From Balanoglossus misakiensis (Eukaryota > Animalia > Hemichordata), in assembly GCA_040954595.2 (NCBI GenBank), contig CM082595.2, positions 2,339,843 to 2,403,842 of the forward strand: a stretch of 64,000 bases of DNA, read 5' to 3'. The number at the start of each line of letters is the position of its first letter. Position 1 is the stretch's first letter. The notes beneath the pieces are model-generated. The model saw nothing but the letters and a program-made list of their open reading frames with translations, ran no database searches and was not told the DNA's origin. Shown here one piece after another: positions 14,601 to 26,400 of this stretch. A program made the translations under genes and the position numbers.

Positions 14601-17576
14601 CACTGCAGTATGTATTCTCTCTCATCTCGTCACTTCTTTTGTCAGCCTGAATATGATATCTCTGGTCCACAATCGAAAAAAAACATTTTTGATTTTTTCT
14701 CTCACTCTCATTAATCTTTCAGATCAAAGATGTGGAAAAATTCATCTTCAAGATCAACAGAGCTCTGCGATTAAGACATGAACGGAAGAAACTGGAGGCC
14801 ATTCAGAGCAAAGTGGAAAACTACGATGTCATAGAATCAACCAATGAAGAATTGAGTAAGGTGGGTCATGTGATGCTTCTTGCCCAATCGGTGTTGCAGA
14901 TGTGTCAGTGAGATGTGTCACATGATGTATTTTGTCCAATCAAGGGAGGAAAGAAAAGAAAAGAATTCAGGGATTGTATGTGAACTAGTCAATTGCTGAG
15001 ATCAAATAGGCATATTTACCGGTAACCGGGTATTGTCTACATCACTGGATTTGTGATACTAAATCTGCAATGTGTTCATATTTTATTATTCTATAATAGA
15101 ATCACTTTTTGTACTTTGATTTCAGTTAGTAGATGAGTACATCCACTTCAATCTGTGTGCACCAATGCCAGGTGTCAACCCAACAGAACAACGACTGCTT
15201 CTTCACGACGGAGCGATCAGACTCAAAGATCAGGAAGGAAAGGTCAGTGATTTGATGAAATTACTGTGGAGTTGCTCTTGTGAAAAGACAAAACCCTGGC
15301 AAAACTCCCGGAAAGTCGTAGAATTCCGAGAGTGTGTGAACCTTGTAATAATATCTGTATCATTTTGATCACTTCAGATTGACATCCTTGCGTTCCTGTT
15401 CACTGATATGTTGCTGATCACTAAACAAACCAAGAAGGGTGACAAAATCAAGATTGTCAAACCGGCAATGAGGATAGACAGAATTGTTACCAGAGAGCTC
15501 AAAGATGGAAGTAAGTATATACAATGCATGTCAGAATATTTCTGTCATTTTTGAACTAGCAATATAGAGTACCAACTCATCTAGCACATTTTGAAAATCT
15601 GAGATCAACTTTTCAAATCATCATCCTATAGAATGAATCATGATCCAAAATTCATAGAGCCAATCATATTGTGTTTTACATATAATTCATGTTATTTCCC
15701 TCGAAAGGTGGCTTCTCATTGGTCTACTTAGATGATTATGGTCTAGCCTTGTGGGCCTATTCGTTACAAGTCGCTGGTGGTGCTGACCAGACCAGAGTTT
15801 GGCTTCAAAATATTTACAAAGCAAAGGTAAGTAGCAAAGACATTGATTAAAAATTTACTTTTTTTGAAATTATGTAAATATGTAATCATCATAGTTACTA
15901 GCATAGTCTTTGAGTGACCATGCAGTGGGTACTTTTTTGCATGGCTGGCCACCCACTGAAAATATGTAAATATTTTCAGCTGTCAGTGGTAACTTGAGAC
16001 ATACATGTAGGTGATCGTATATCTTTTACATGTGTTTTACTACAGCATTTATACAGAGAAGCAGTGAAAAGACACAGAGTTGCCAACGCTTTGCGTATGA
16101 CATCTGACAACCACGAAACCAGCGAAGACGAACATGGGAAAATCAGCCCACGGTCGCAGATTCAGGTTCCGGAAGTTCGCATCAGCAGACGACGGAGTAG
16201 TGGTTCTGTGGCCAGTAGTGGATCACCGGCATATCAGTCCAGACGGGGAAATACTGAAAAGTCTAATTTTTTGGATATTAGTGAGGACAGTGGTAAAGTT
16301 TGGGACGGTGTCAGTCGCGATAAAAGTAAAACTGTTCCAGACGGGAGCCAAGTTGTGATTCAGAGACGGACCCCAGTGCAGTTGACTCGCGGGTCGCGCC
16401 CGGCCTCCATCAATATTCCAATTGCAACACTGCCTACATCGCCAGATTCCAGTCAACCATCGAGCACAGAGAACAGTCCCCGGCTGCCATCGAAAGGATC
16501 GGTTTTCTCAAACATGACAGGATTTCTCAGGTTGAGTCGATCGGTGTCGGATCGCGCCACAGGCAAGGACGCAGGGGAGAGGAAAGCATCGAAGAAGTCC
16601 ATCATCAAGAAACGGATGTCGTGGGGACCGAGCACGCGAGAGGCGGAGAACCTTCTGGAGCAGTCGCGGAGACCTGACCGGAAAAGGGAATCAATGTCCC
16701 GCATTCTGGAACACAAAGCTGTGTCACTGATGGATATTTCCCATCTTGAATCCGCAGACAATTCTGTTAAACTTGAAAATGGCATCAACCACTCTGTCAG
16801 TATGGAGTCATTGCCGCACGACAGAGTGGATTCATGGATGTCCTCGCCTGCGAGATCAAAATCTGCGTCGCCGAGGAAACAGTCGACAACAGACGCCGAT
16901 AAACATGGAAGCCCCATGAACGGTCTCAAAGTGTCGCCACGGCGATATGCCTCAGAAACTGCAATACCTGACAGAGTTCAAACTTCAGACGGATTCACAA
17001 GGAGTTCCCAGAGCGTGAGTGACTTAGCGGGAGAAGAGAACGATGTGGGGCAAGTGAGGTCAAACAGTTCTGTGAGGTCAGATGATTCTGAAAGGGGATC
17101 ACATGTTTTTGAGGAAGAAAGATCAGGTGATATTAAAGAATTGAGGTCACGGGACAAGGAGGAAACACAGTCAGATGAATCAAAACAAGTCGGTTTGTGT
17201 GACATACAAGAAAGATCTGATGCTACAGAACCTGAGTTAAAAAGTGACAATTCACCAGACTCACTGCCTAAGACACCAGATAACACTCCAGTTGGATTTC
17301 TGTGTCAGGATGACGGCATGAAAGACGGGATCAAATCCGTCAAAGTGAAGGAGTATGGCAAGAAAGGAAGCCGACGGAAAATGAAACATTCCGAGATCGT
17401 CCGCCTTCGGAAAAATCTCATCCTCACAGCCACTACTACAGCATCGTAAGTATATGTGTCCATTTTATGTTTTCAACTCACCACACACATACCAAACAGT
17501 GGCCTGGCACTGCCTAAAAATATTATTTATAATTGCTGATTTCTATGTGATTTTCATTTGTTTCAGGGAAGTTTGA
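5679..17576 (+). CDS. PLEKHG5: PLEKHG5/Syx-like Rho guanine nucleotide exchange factor (N-terminal Cys/His motif, RBD-like region, DH-PH tandem, Ser-rich tail, C-terminal PDZ ligand); 5' end not located
   Basis: GT-AG exons with consistent phases: 5679-5740, 5963-6092, 6902-7040, 7587-7662, 8954-9064 (probable cassette), 9591-9682, 9827-9963, 10059-10174, 10653-10790, 12543-12671, 12945-13073, 13275-13325, 13479-13628, 14119-14229, 14458-14607, 14723-14860, 15126-15242, 15378-15510, 15708-15826, 16046-17445, 17567-17576 (~1210 codons). Recognised PLEKHG5 motifs: [52 protein letters not shown] domain ([45 protein letters not shown]), PH domain ([11 protein letters not shown]) and C-terminus TASEV*. 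The first exon shown needs an upstream phase-1 exon; AG|GTGAGC at 19/20 is one unproven candidate donor. Confidence 0.9.
6835..6865. repeat. (ACTGT)6 microsatellite
   Basis: Seen directly, just upstream of the exon at 6902. Confidence 0.9.
8675..8870. mobile_element. Probable decayed TTAA-associated non-autonomous DNA transposon fragment
   Basis: Begins cTTAAGGTATAATGCGCTTCG and contains aattcaaaatggctgcc. A related terminus appears in reverse orientation at ~50262-50282 (ttcccgaggcgcgtactaaag). Based on resemblance only; no database check. Confidence 0.35.
12781..12898. repeat. Degenerate ~11-bp CTATAGAATT repeat ending in TCGTAAGGG (possible DNA-transposon subterminal repeat remnant)
   Basis: tatagaattc / ctataggtatc / ctatagattt / ctattgaatt / ctatagaaat / ccatagaatt. 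Confidence 0.5.
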
Positions 17577-17778
17577 CAAGGTGGACGTGTGCGCGATGTC
17601 ATTCAGCAATGGCTGTCTGCAGATGCGGTTGGTGTATACTCTCCCGATATTCATACCCCAGTACGCGACATATTTTGTTACAATGTATCATTATCAAGAG
17701 AAACCAGATGGTGTTATAGATGAAGACAACGAATCTCTCATGTAAGTGTGCATATAAACAGCAGTCTGCTATACAGTT

Positions 17779-17812
17779 ACAGACAGACAGACAGACAGAC
17801 ATGCAGACAGAC
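17779..17812. repeat. (CAGA)n microsatellite in the PLEKHG5 3'UTR
   Basis: Seen directly in the sequence. Confidence 0.85.
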
Positions 17813-18835
17813 ACATACACTTGTCCACACATACACACACTATACAGATCTCAGGAAATCAAAACAGACTTGATCTTTCTATGTCAATTATCCAATGATA
17901 CAATAGCTTTATCAATCAAATGACAGAAATTACTCTGAGCAGACTGAAATACTGGAGTAAGCTTTATCAACATAAGTGAGGGGAGTTGTCTCATGAGAGT
18001 ATAGCTCCCAAAACTGTAACCTTGACCTTTATAAAACTAATCATTTCACAATGAATCTGTGAACTTTAACAAAACCAAATCGATTTGAGTAATTTTCCAA
18101 ATGTATCTCTTCTTCACCTTGATTTCTCAGTCACTTAACAAAACCAAAAGTGTACCATTTTATGAATTATGCAGTTTGTACTTAAATGTAAATGTTTGTA
18201 TTTTCTTTGATAGATGTATTTTGCACTCCAAGAAGGGGTGATAGAAAATTGTACGTAAGTGACACACGTCATGACAGCTTATGCCATATTTAAACCTACT
18301 GCTATCAATTTTCCTTTTCTGTAATATGAAACTTTCAAGGGACACTATCTGTAACTTCTGGCTATATTTTAGTATGTTTTTTAGTATATTTAATTAGTGG
18401 CAAGTTCTCGAAGTAAAAATAGCAGTCTAAAAAAAGTTGGCATGTTAGAAACTTGATCATGTGTCATGAAACACTGGAATGTAAAATAATCCTCATACTC
18501 AGAAAGGCCAAAACATAACCTGAAGTACATGTACACAAGATGGCATCGCTACTTAAATTCCTTTCCCGCCGGAGAATTTTGATCACAAATTGTATCATTC
18601 AGAAATTTAAACACCTATAAATACATATCTTACAATCAGAACATTGAAATTGCAATACTATCAAGACCAAAATATTAAAAAGAACATATTATTATAATAG
18701 AGGATTATGTAAATATACTTTCATATTGATGCACAAGTATTTCTGAAACTTTTTGAGTTATTGTACATACATGTTTGAACTTACAGGAAGTGTTGTATTA
18801 TGAGTTCTATGGGTGAAATGTCATTGTTTCATTAT

Positions 18836-18854
18836 TTTATTCACATTGAATAAA
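18836..18854. terminator. Paired opposite-strand AATAAA polyadenylation signals shared by the convergent PLEKHG5 and CRT-like genes
   Basis: TTTATTCA-CAT-TGAATAAA gives AATAAA on - at 18836-18841 and on + at 18849-18854. Each is the first canonical AATAAA I found downstream of the respective stop codon. Confidence 0.55.
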
Positions 18855-19206
18855 GAGTGCACATCTTTTTTGAATAATTGGCGTCTTGGATCCTTTTTCA
18901 ACATTACTGAACCACTATATTAACTGACAATCTGTCAGTTGTTGTCTTGTCAAATCAAGACACTGTTACTTGCTGGTTGGTGTAAAAATTTTAGTCGAGT
19001 TGCAGTGACCCAGGTCATACTGACAGATCAGCCAATCGGTGGCTGTTTGACAGCAGCTCGCGATCGTCTCGAGACGAAGCGCCCTCAGCGACCAAGTAGT
19101 GATTTTTGGACTTTTTCAATAACGTTTTCAATAATGGGTTTGGCAGTCAAACTTTACTGTAAACAAAGACCATGATGTATGCTATTTTCATACTTTTAAA
19201 TAAATC

Positions 19207-21291
19207 CTACTCCACTTGAATTCCAACTTTGTGTGTTAGCGTTTTTTGTTCCTCTTGGTCTCCAAAGTATCGGTACATAACAACCGCGGGCATCATTATG
19301 CCAAGTCCTACCAATGTAAAACCTGTTGCAAGGTCAAACACTGGATTCCAGTGAAAATAAGGTTGAGGTGTGAATAGCGTCCAGAAGAGCGCGGCTATTG
19401 GCGTATTCAACGCCTGGACGACGACAAGGTACACCGCTCCGTCAGCGAAGCGGATCAGAAGAAAGTTGAAGAGGTAAGTCATGACGTAACTGATGATGAA
19501 CACCCACTGCCGACCAATGATATCGCTGCATGTCGGATCAGCGCCATATTGGCACTTGAATCCCTGCGACAAGTTTGCCCAAAACTTTGCCGGAGAATCG
19601 GCCTGCAAAAACAAACAAAACATTCATGACATGCACGTTTTAGATGTAACTTTGGGATTTAGTTTCGCTATTTTTGATCTGTGTATCCAAAACAGTTTCT
19701 TGGTCTACTCAAAACAGTACATGTATGCTAATATTATATTACCCAGCATTCAACGTTATAATTATAACCTGCACATGCGTAACAGCCATTCGTCCGCTGT
19801 CATGGTTACGCAGGTATAACTACGCATAACTCACCATGCCAAATCCAGGAATGAAATCGGTCCAGAATAGAAGCAAAACTGAGGTCAGTGTGTAGACGTT
19901 CAGCCAGGCATTTACTAAAGCCGCCGAAGTCTGTGAGTTCAAGAAAACGACATTACGTAAGTTACCTTTCGAAATCCAATTCTTGCTATAAACATCTTTA
20001 ACATGATTCAGGTAACTAATCATACGACATGGACGTCAAAAGTAGCCCGGACCAGGGCGTCGATCTAGTTTCTTTGCGACGCCCTGGTCTCCGGGCTACG
20101 TCAAAAGATACTCACCTCCTGTTCTTTGACACGCTCTAACACCACATTCATGATAGCCAGTGGCAGGAATCCGAACAGAAATGCGCACGGCCAGAGAATT
20201 CTTTCCGCTGTTGTTCGCTTGTTAGTCCCACTTCCGGTATCGTCAGCGTGATCGATGTCGAAAATGACGGGCTCCATCGAAATAACTAATCCTACCATCA
20301 CAATACCAGTGCAAACCAATCTTCGTATTCCAACGCCTGTAGTTCAAAAATATATAACGATTTATATTATGTAAATGTATAGCTTTTCTCACAGAAAAAT
20401 TTTAATGTGTTTTTGGTAGGCAATCTTCCAATGCTAACAGCTTTTAATAAATTTCTTTCAAACAATCAAAATGTTTCGATATTTCTTGTTTAAGCGGTTC
20501 GGGTTCCACAGCGATTAATTTGACAATTTAATTTCTCATTGTCAATCCGAGCTCAAATCTCGGGGAGCTATTTTCTTCATTATGATTTAAAAAGTAGGTT
20601 ATTATCACATGATTTGATATCTTATGCAAGTATGGGAGGATTGGAAATTGGAAGTGTATACTTGCAAATAGAACGATATCTTTTCAGTGTTTCTGGTTTA
20701 TGTTTCCAAATCTAATATTTTCTTGCCTTTCCTCAATATGATATATCTGCTGACCACGGTGAAGGGGATAACAGAGGTGCTGAGGATGGCTTGCAGAGCG
20801 GGCGGTGTGCGACTCGGGTCGCTTGCGTACACCAGAAACAATCCGTTCAAGGAATTCAGAAATCCCGCTAAGACGAGCAGCTTCATCGGGGCTTTCAGTC
20901 GAAAGCCGACGCTGGGGTCGAATAGTTTTGATATCAGGAGAAGAAGGGTGAAGAAAGGCGGAAACATGATCGTGCACGACAGGAGAACGTAGTAAGCGTC
21001 GCTGAACTCGTTGCCAACTTCAGAGAAGATCGGCAGAGAAACGTTCATGGCAACGGTGAAAGTCACTGTCATGACGGACAGGAAAATGTTCAACACCCGA
21101 AGACTGACTCTGAAGTGACGCTGTCCCGGCAGAGATATTGTCACCATTCTTTTTACGCCCACAATATGTCGGTCATCGCCTTCCTTTTCGGATCTGGTGT
21201 CGGCAAACTCGTGTGGTATTAAGCTATCGGTCGGCTTCTCGAAATCCCAGCTCCCGGACTCCGGTGTCGATGACGTCATTGCGGGATCCAT
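19207..21291 (-). CDS. CRT-like (chloroquine resistance transporter homologue, DMT superfamily) multi-pass membrane transporter, ~425 aa
   Basis: Exons on -: 21291-20727, 20336-20116, 19930-19835, 19602-19207; total 1278 nt, in frame. Intron 1 is GC-AG, the others GT-AG. About ten hydrophobic segments and CRT-like motifs (GFLNSLNGLFLVYASDPSRTPPALQAILSTSVIPFTVVSRYIILRK; FWTDFIPGFG; luminal Cys pair GFKCQYG..C). Confidence 0.8.
20034..20107. mobile_element. 56-bp hairpin micro-insertion (MITE-like) with 9-bp target site duplication, in CRT-like intron 2
   Basis: CGTCAAAAG (20034-20042) | TAGCCCGG--ACCAGGGCGTCG ... CGACGCCCTGGTCTCCGGGCTA (20043-20098) | CGTCAAAAG (20099-20107). Confidence 0.7.
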
Positions 21292-22087
21292 TTTCCCAAG
21301 CTGGTGAACAGTGGCTCAATCTTAAATATCAAGAAAATATACAGGAGCAGTTTCAATTAATGCTGTTTACCTGCAATTGAACTCTGACCGCATTTACAAG
21401 ATCAAATGGATAGTGAACATGATTACAAGGAGGCGTTCCCGGACAGGCCGGTTGCGTCTTTGAAGGTAAAAAAATCGGTTGGCACCGAGCGGTCGGTAAA
21501 CAAAAGGCAAGGACATACATGTATACGTAAATATGTAAAAAATATGTAAAAAAAACCTTCTGGTCGTTTGGAGGCTCGACAGTGAAAGCAGGGGAAAGAG
21601 ACTGAAACTTCCGCGTATGCGTTTTGCTCGTGTCTATACTATTATGCAGATCATAGTTTGTGAACTTCTTTAACGTAACTTGATTGTAAATGGGTGGGTT
21701 GATCGAAGTCTGACGGAGAGTGAACAATATATCCCACAGTCATTTTTAGTCTCATACTGACATTTTTTGAGGTATTTTCTTCGCCTACAGAAATAGCACC
21801 ATTCAAGCGTGTCCACGTATCGTGTGCATTCGGAAATTATGCAAGCCAACAAGAAACCCGACAGGTATAAAGTTAAGACACCGTCAGGGCGTCATTGCTG
21901 TTAAATCAAGTCCGAATGACAGACAATGTTGACCTATATTGTACAGCCAATTAATCTACTGTAAACATAAGAGCCTACCTTATTGTGAGCAACCAAAAAC
22001 GAAGAAATAAAAACGACAGTGTCTCTTTACTGAAAAACAAACGCCGCACTTTTGTCTTCCTTACTCTGCCAGTGTAGGACGAGTTCA

Positions 22088-22095
22088 TGACGTCA
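22088..22095. promoter_or_regulatory. Perfect CRE (TGACGTCA) upstream of the CRT-like gene
   Basis: Exact 8-bp match about 800 bp upstream of the ATG. Function untested. Confidence 0.25.
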
Positions 22096-22307
22096 CAGGT
22101 CGAAAGAATCTCGTGACAGTCCTGTGAGAGATTGGATCATGCCAGCATGGCCGATTTTTAAACGCCCGTTAACACCTCGTTAAATAGTCAAAAATGACAC
22201 AAATGTATAATGAAAATTTGGGGAATGTGTTGTTCAAGCTTAAGACGAGAAAATAAGATATGGCGTGAAAAAGCAAAACATGATACAATGTATATGCACT
22301 GCAGTGC

Positions 22308-23490
22308 ATGAGCTATTACCTATGACAAATGTCCAAAAATGACAAAATTCCCGACTTAGAGAATTTTCGTGATTTTGTCAATTTTGGACATATTTCATGG
22401 GTTATAACCCATGATTTTTTCAAAAATCGACGAATTTTTGAGATTTCGCAAAGTCGAAAAATTGCCATTTTTTCATGATTTTCATGGGCTATAACCCATG
22501 ATTTTTTTCAAAAATCGACGAATTTTTGAGATTTCTCAAAGTCGAAAAATGGTCATTTTTTCATGATTTTCATGGGCTATAACCCATGATTTTTTTCAAA
22601 AAATAACCAAATTTTGAAAATTCGCAAAGTCGAAAAATTGTCATTTCTGGATGATTTTCATCAGCTATAACCCATGGTTTTTTAAAAAAATGACCAAATT
22701 TTGAAAATTCGCAAAGTCGAAAAATTCTCATTTGGGGATGATTTTCATGAGCTATAACCCATGGTTTTTTCAAAAAATGACCAAATTTTAAAAATTCTCA
22801 AAGTCGAAAAATTGTCATTTCTGGATGATTTTCATGAGCTATAACCCATGGTTTTTTCAAAAAATGACCAAATTTTGAAAATTCGCAAAGTCGAAAAATT
22901 GTCATTTCTGGGTGATTTTCATGAGCTATAACCCATGGTTTTTCTCGAAAATCACCAAATTTCGAAAATCCGCAAAGTCGAAAAATTGTCATTTCTGGGG
23001 GATTTTCATGAGCTATAACCCATGGTTTTTCTCAAAAAATCACCAAATTTCGAAAATCCGCAAAGTCGAAAAATTGTCATTTCTGGGGGATTTTCATGAG
23101 CTATAACCCATGGTTTTTCTCGAAAAATCACCAAATTTCGAAAATCCGCAAAGTCGAAAAATTGTCATTTCTGGGGGATTTTCATGAGCTATAACCCATG
23201 TTTTTCTCGAAAAATCACCAAATTTCGAAAATCCGCAAAGTCGAAAAATTAAAAGCTTAACTAAGTCTTTTAAGGGATTTGCTCTTGTGGAGAATAAATA
23301 TAAGGAACATAGTTATTGTTTACTTCCTGGACAGGAAGTGAAGATCAATAAAATATATTTTGAGAAGATGCATGTGTGCGCGTGTTCATTGTTTGAAATG
23401 TTTTATTAAATAAAATGAAGAAATTTTGACATTTCCCAAAGTCGAAATATTGTCATTTTTTGATGATTTTCATGAGCATGAACCCATGAA
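22308..23490 (-). repeat. Left arm of the 87-bp satellite block: one forward degenerate unit, ~10 reverse-oriented units in three ordered variants, ~160 bp of unique sequence, then one more reverse unit
   Basis: Units such as catgagctataacccatggttttttcaaaaaatgaccaaattttgaaaattcgcaaagtcgaaaaattgtcatttctggatgatttt are the reverse complement of the monomer family in 23494-40550. Confidence 0.9.
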
Positions 23491-23493
23491 TTA

Positions 23494-26400
23494 GGCCATT
23501 TTTCACAAAAATCATGGGTTATAGCCCATGAAAATCATCAAAAATCACAATTTTCCGACTTTTTCAATTTTCAAAATTTGGCCATTTTTCACAAAAATCA
23601 TGGGTTATAGCCCATGATTTTCATCAAAAAATCACAATTTTCCGACTTTTTTAATTTTCAAAATTTGGCCATTTTTCACAAAAATCATGGGTTATAGCCC
23701 ATGATTTTCATCAAAAAATCACAATTTTCCGACTTTTTTAATTTTCAAAATTTGGCCATTTTTCACAAAAATCATGGGTTATAGCCCATGATTTTCATCA
23801 AAAAATCACAATTTTCCGACTTTTTTAATTTTCAAAATTTGGCCATTTTTCACAAAAATCATGGGTTATAGCCCATGATTTTCATCAAAAAATCACAATT
23901 TTCCGACTTTTTTAATTTTCAAAATTTGGCCATTTTTCACAAAAATCATGGGTTATAGCCCATGATTTTCATCAAAAAATCACAATTTTCCGACTTTTTT
24001 AATTTTCAAAATTTGGCCATTTTTCACAAAAATCATGGGTTATAGCCCATGATTTTCATCAAAAAATCACAATTTTCCGACTTTTTTAATTTTCAAAATT
24101 TGGCCATTTTTCACAAAAATCATGGGTTATAGCCCATGATTTTCATCAAAAAATCACAATTTTCCGACTTTTTTAATTTTCAAAATTTGGCCATTTTTCA
24201 CAAAAATCATGGGTTATAGCCCATGATTTTCATCAAAAAATCACAATTTTCCGACTTTTTTAATTTTCAAAATTTGGCCATTTTTCACAAAAATCATGGG
24301 TTATAGCCCATGATTTTCATCAAAAAATCACAATTTTCCGACTTTTTTAATTTTCAAAATTTGGCCATTTTTCACAAAAATCATGGGTTATAGCCCATGA
24401 TTTTCATCAAAAAATCACAATTTTCCGACTTTTTTAATTTTCAAAATTTGGCCATTTTTCACAAAAATCATGGGTTATAGCCCATGATTTTCATCAAAAA
24501 ATCACAATTTTCCGACTTTTTTAATTTTCAAAATTTGGCCATTTTTCACAAAAATCATGGGTTATAGCCCATGATTTTCATCAAAAAATCACAATTTTCC
24601 GACTTTTTTAATTTTCAAAATTTGGCCATTTTTCACAAAAATCATGGGTTATAGCCCATGATTTTCATCAAAAAATCACAATTTTCCGACTTTTTTAATT
24701 TTCAAAATTTGGCCATTTTTCACAAAAATCATGGGTTATAGCCCATGATTTTCATCAAAAAATCACAATTTTCCGACTTTTTTAATTTTCAAAATTTGGC
24801 CATTTTTCACAAAAATCATGGGTTATAGCCCATGATTTTCATCAAAAAATCACAATTTTCCGACTTTTTTAATTTTCAAAATTTGGCCATTTTTCACAAA
24901 AATCATGGGTTATAGCCCATGATTTTCATCAAAAAATCACAATTTTCCGACTTTTTTAATTTTCAAAATTTGGCCATTTTTCACAAAAATCATGGGTTAT
25001 AGCCCATGATTTTCATCAAAAAATCACAATTTTCCGACTTTTTTAATTTTCAAAATTTGGCCATTTTTCACAAAAATCATGGGTTATAGCCCATGATTTT
25101 CATCAAAAAATCACAATTTTCCGACTTTTTTAATTTTCAAAATTTGGCCATTTTTCACAAAAATCATGGGTTATAGCCCATGATTTTCATCAAAAAATCA
25201 CAATTTTCCGACTTTTTTAATTTTCAAAATTTGGCCATTTTTCACAAAAATCATGGGTTATAGCCCATGATTTTCATCAAAAAATCACAATTTTCCGACT
25301 TTTTTAATTTTCAAAATTTGGCCATTTTTCACAAAAATCATGGGTTATAGCCCATGATTTTCATCAAAAAATCACAATTTTCCGACTTTTTTAATTTTCA
25401 AAATTTGGCCATTTTTCACAAAAATCATGGGTTATAGCCCATGATTTTCATCAAAAAATCACAATTTTCCGACTTTTTTAATTTTCAAAATTTGGCCATT
25501 TTTCACAAAAATCATGGGTTATAGCCCATGATTTTCATCAAAAAATCACAATTTTCCGACTTTTTTAATTTTCAAAATTTGGCCATTTTTCACAAAAATC
25601 ATGGGTTATAGCCCATGATTATCATCAAAAAATCACAATTTTCCGACTTTTTTAATTTTCAAAATTTGGCCATTTTTCACAAAAATCATGGGTTATAGCC
25701 CATGATTTTCATCAAAAAATCACAATTTTCCGACTTTTTTAATTTTCAAAATTTGGCCATTTTTCACAAAAATCATGGGTTATAGCCCATGATTTTCATC
25801 AAAAAATCACAATTTTCCGACTTTTTTAATTTTCAAAATTTGGCCATTTTTCACAAAAATCATGGGTTATAGCCCATGATTTTCATCAAAAAATCACAAT
25901 TTTCCGACTTTTTTAATTTTCAAAATTTGGCCATTTTTCACAAAAATCATGGGTTATAGCCCATGATTTTCATCAAAAAATCACAATTTTCCGACTTTTT
26001 TAATTTTCAAAATTTGGCCATTTTTCACAAAAATCATGGGTTATAGCCCATGATTTTCATCAAAAAATCACAATTTTCCGACTTTTTTAATTTTCAAAAT
26101 TTGGCCATTTTTCACAAAAATCATGGGTTATAGCCCATGATTTTCATCAAAAAATCACAATTTTCCGACTTTTTTAATTTTCAAAATTTGGCCATTTTTC
26201 ACAAAAATCATGGGTTATAGCCCATGATTTTCATCAAAAAATCACAATTTTCCGACTTTTTTAATTTTCAAAATTTGGCCATTTTTCACAAAAATCATGG
26301 GTTATAGCCCATGATTTTCATCAAAAAATCACAATTTTCCGACTTTTTTAATTTTCAAAATTTGGCCATTTTTCACAAAAATCATGGGTTATAGCCCATG

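Noticed and set aside
16064-17449. Standalone 461-aa gene
   Set aside because: It is the penultimate PLEKHG5 exon (acceptor at 16045/16046); its listed start is a GTG.
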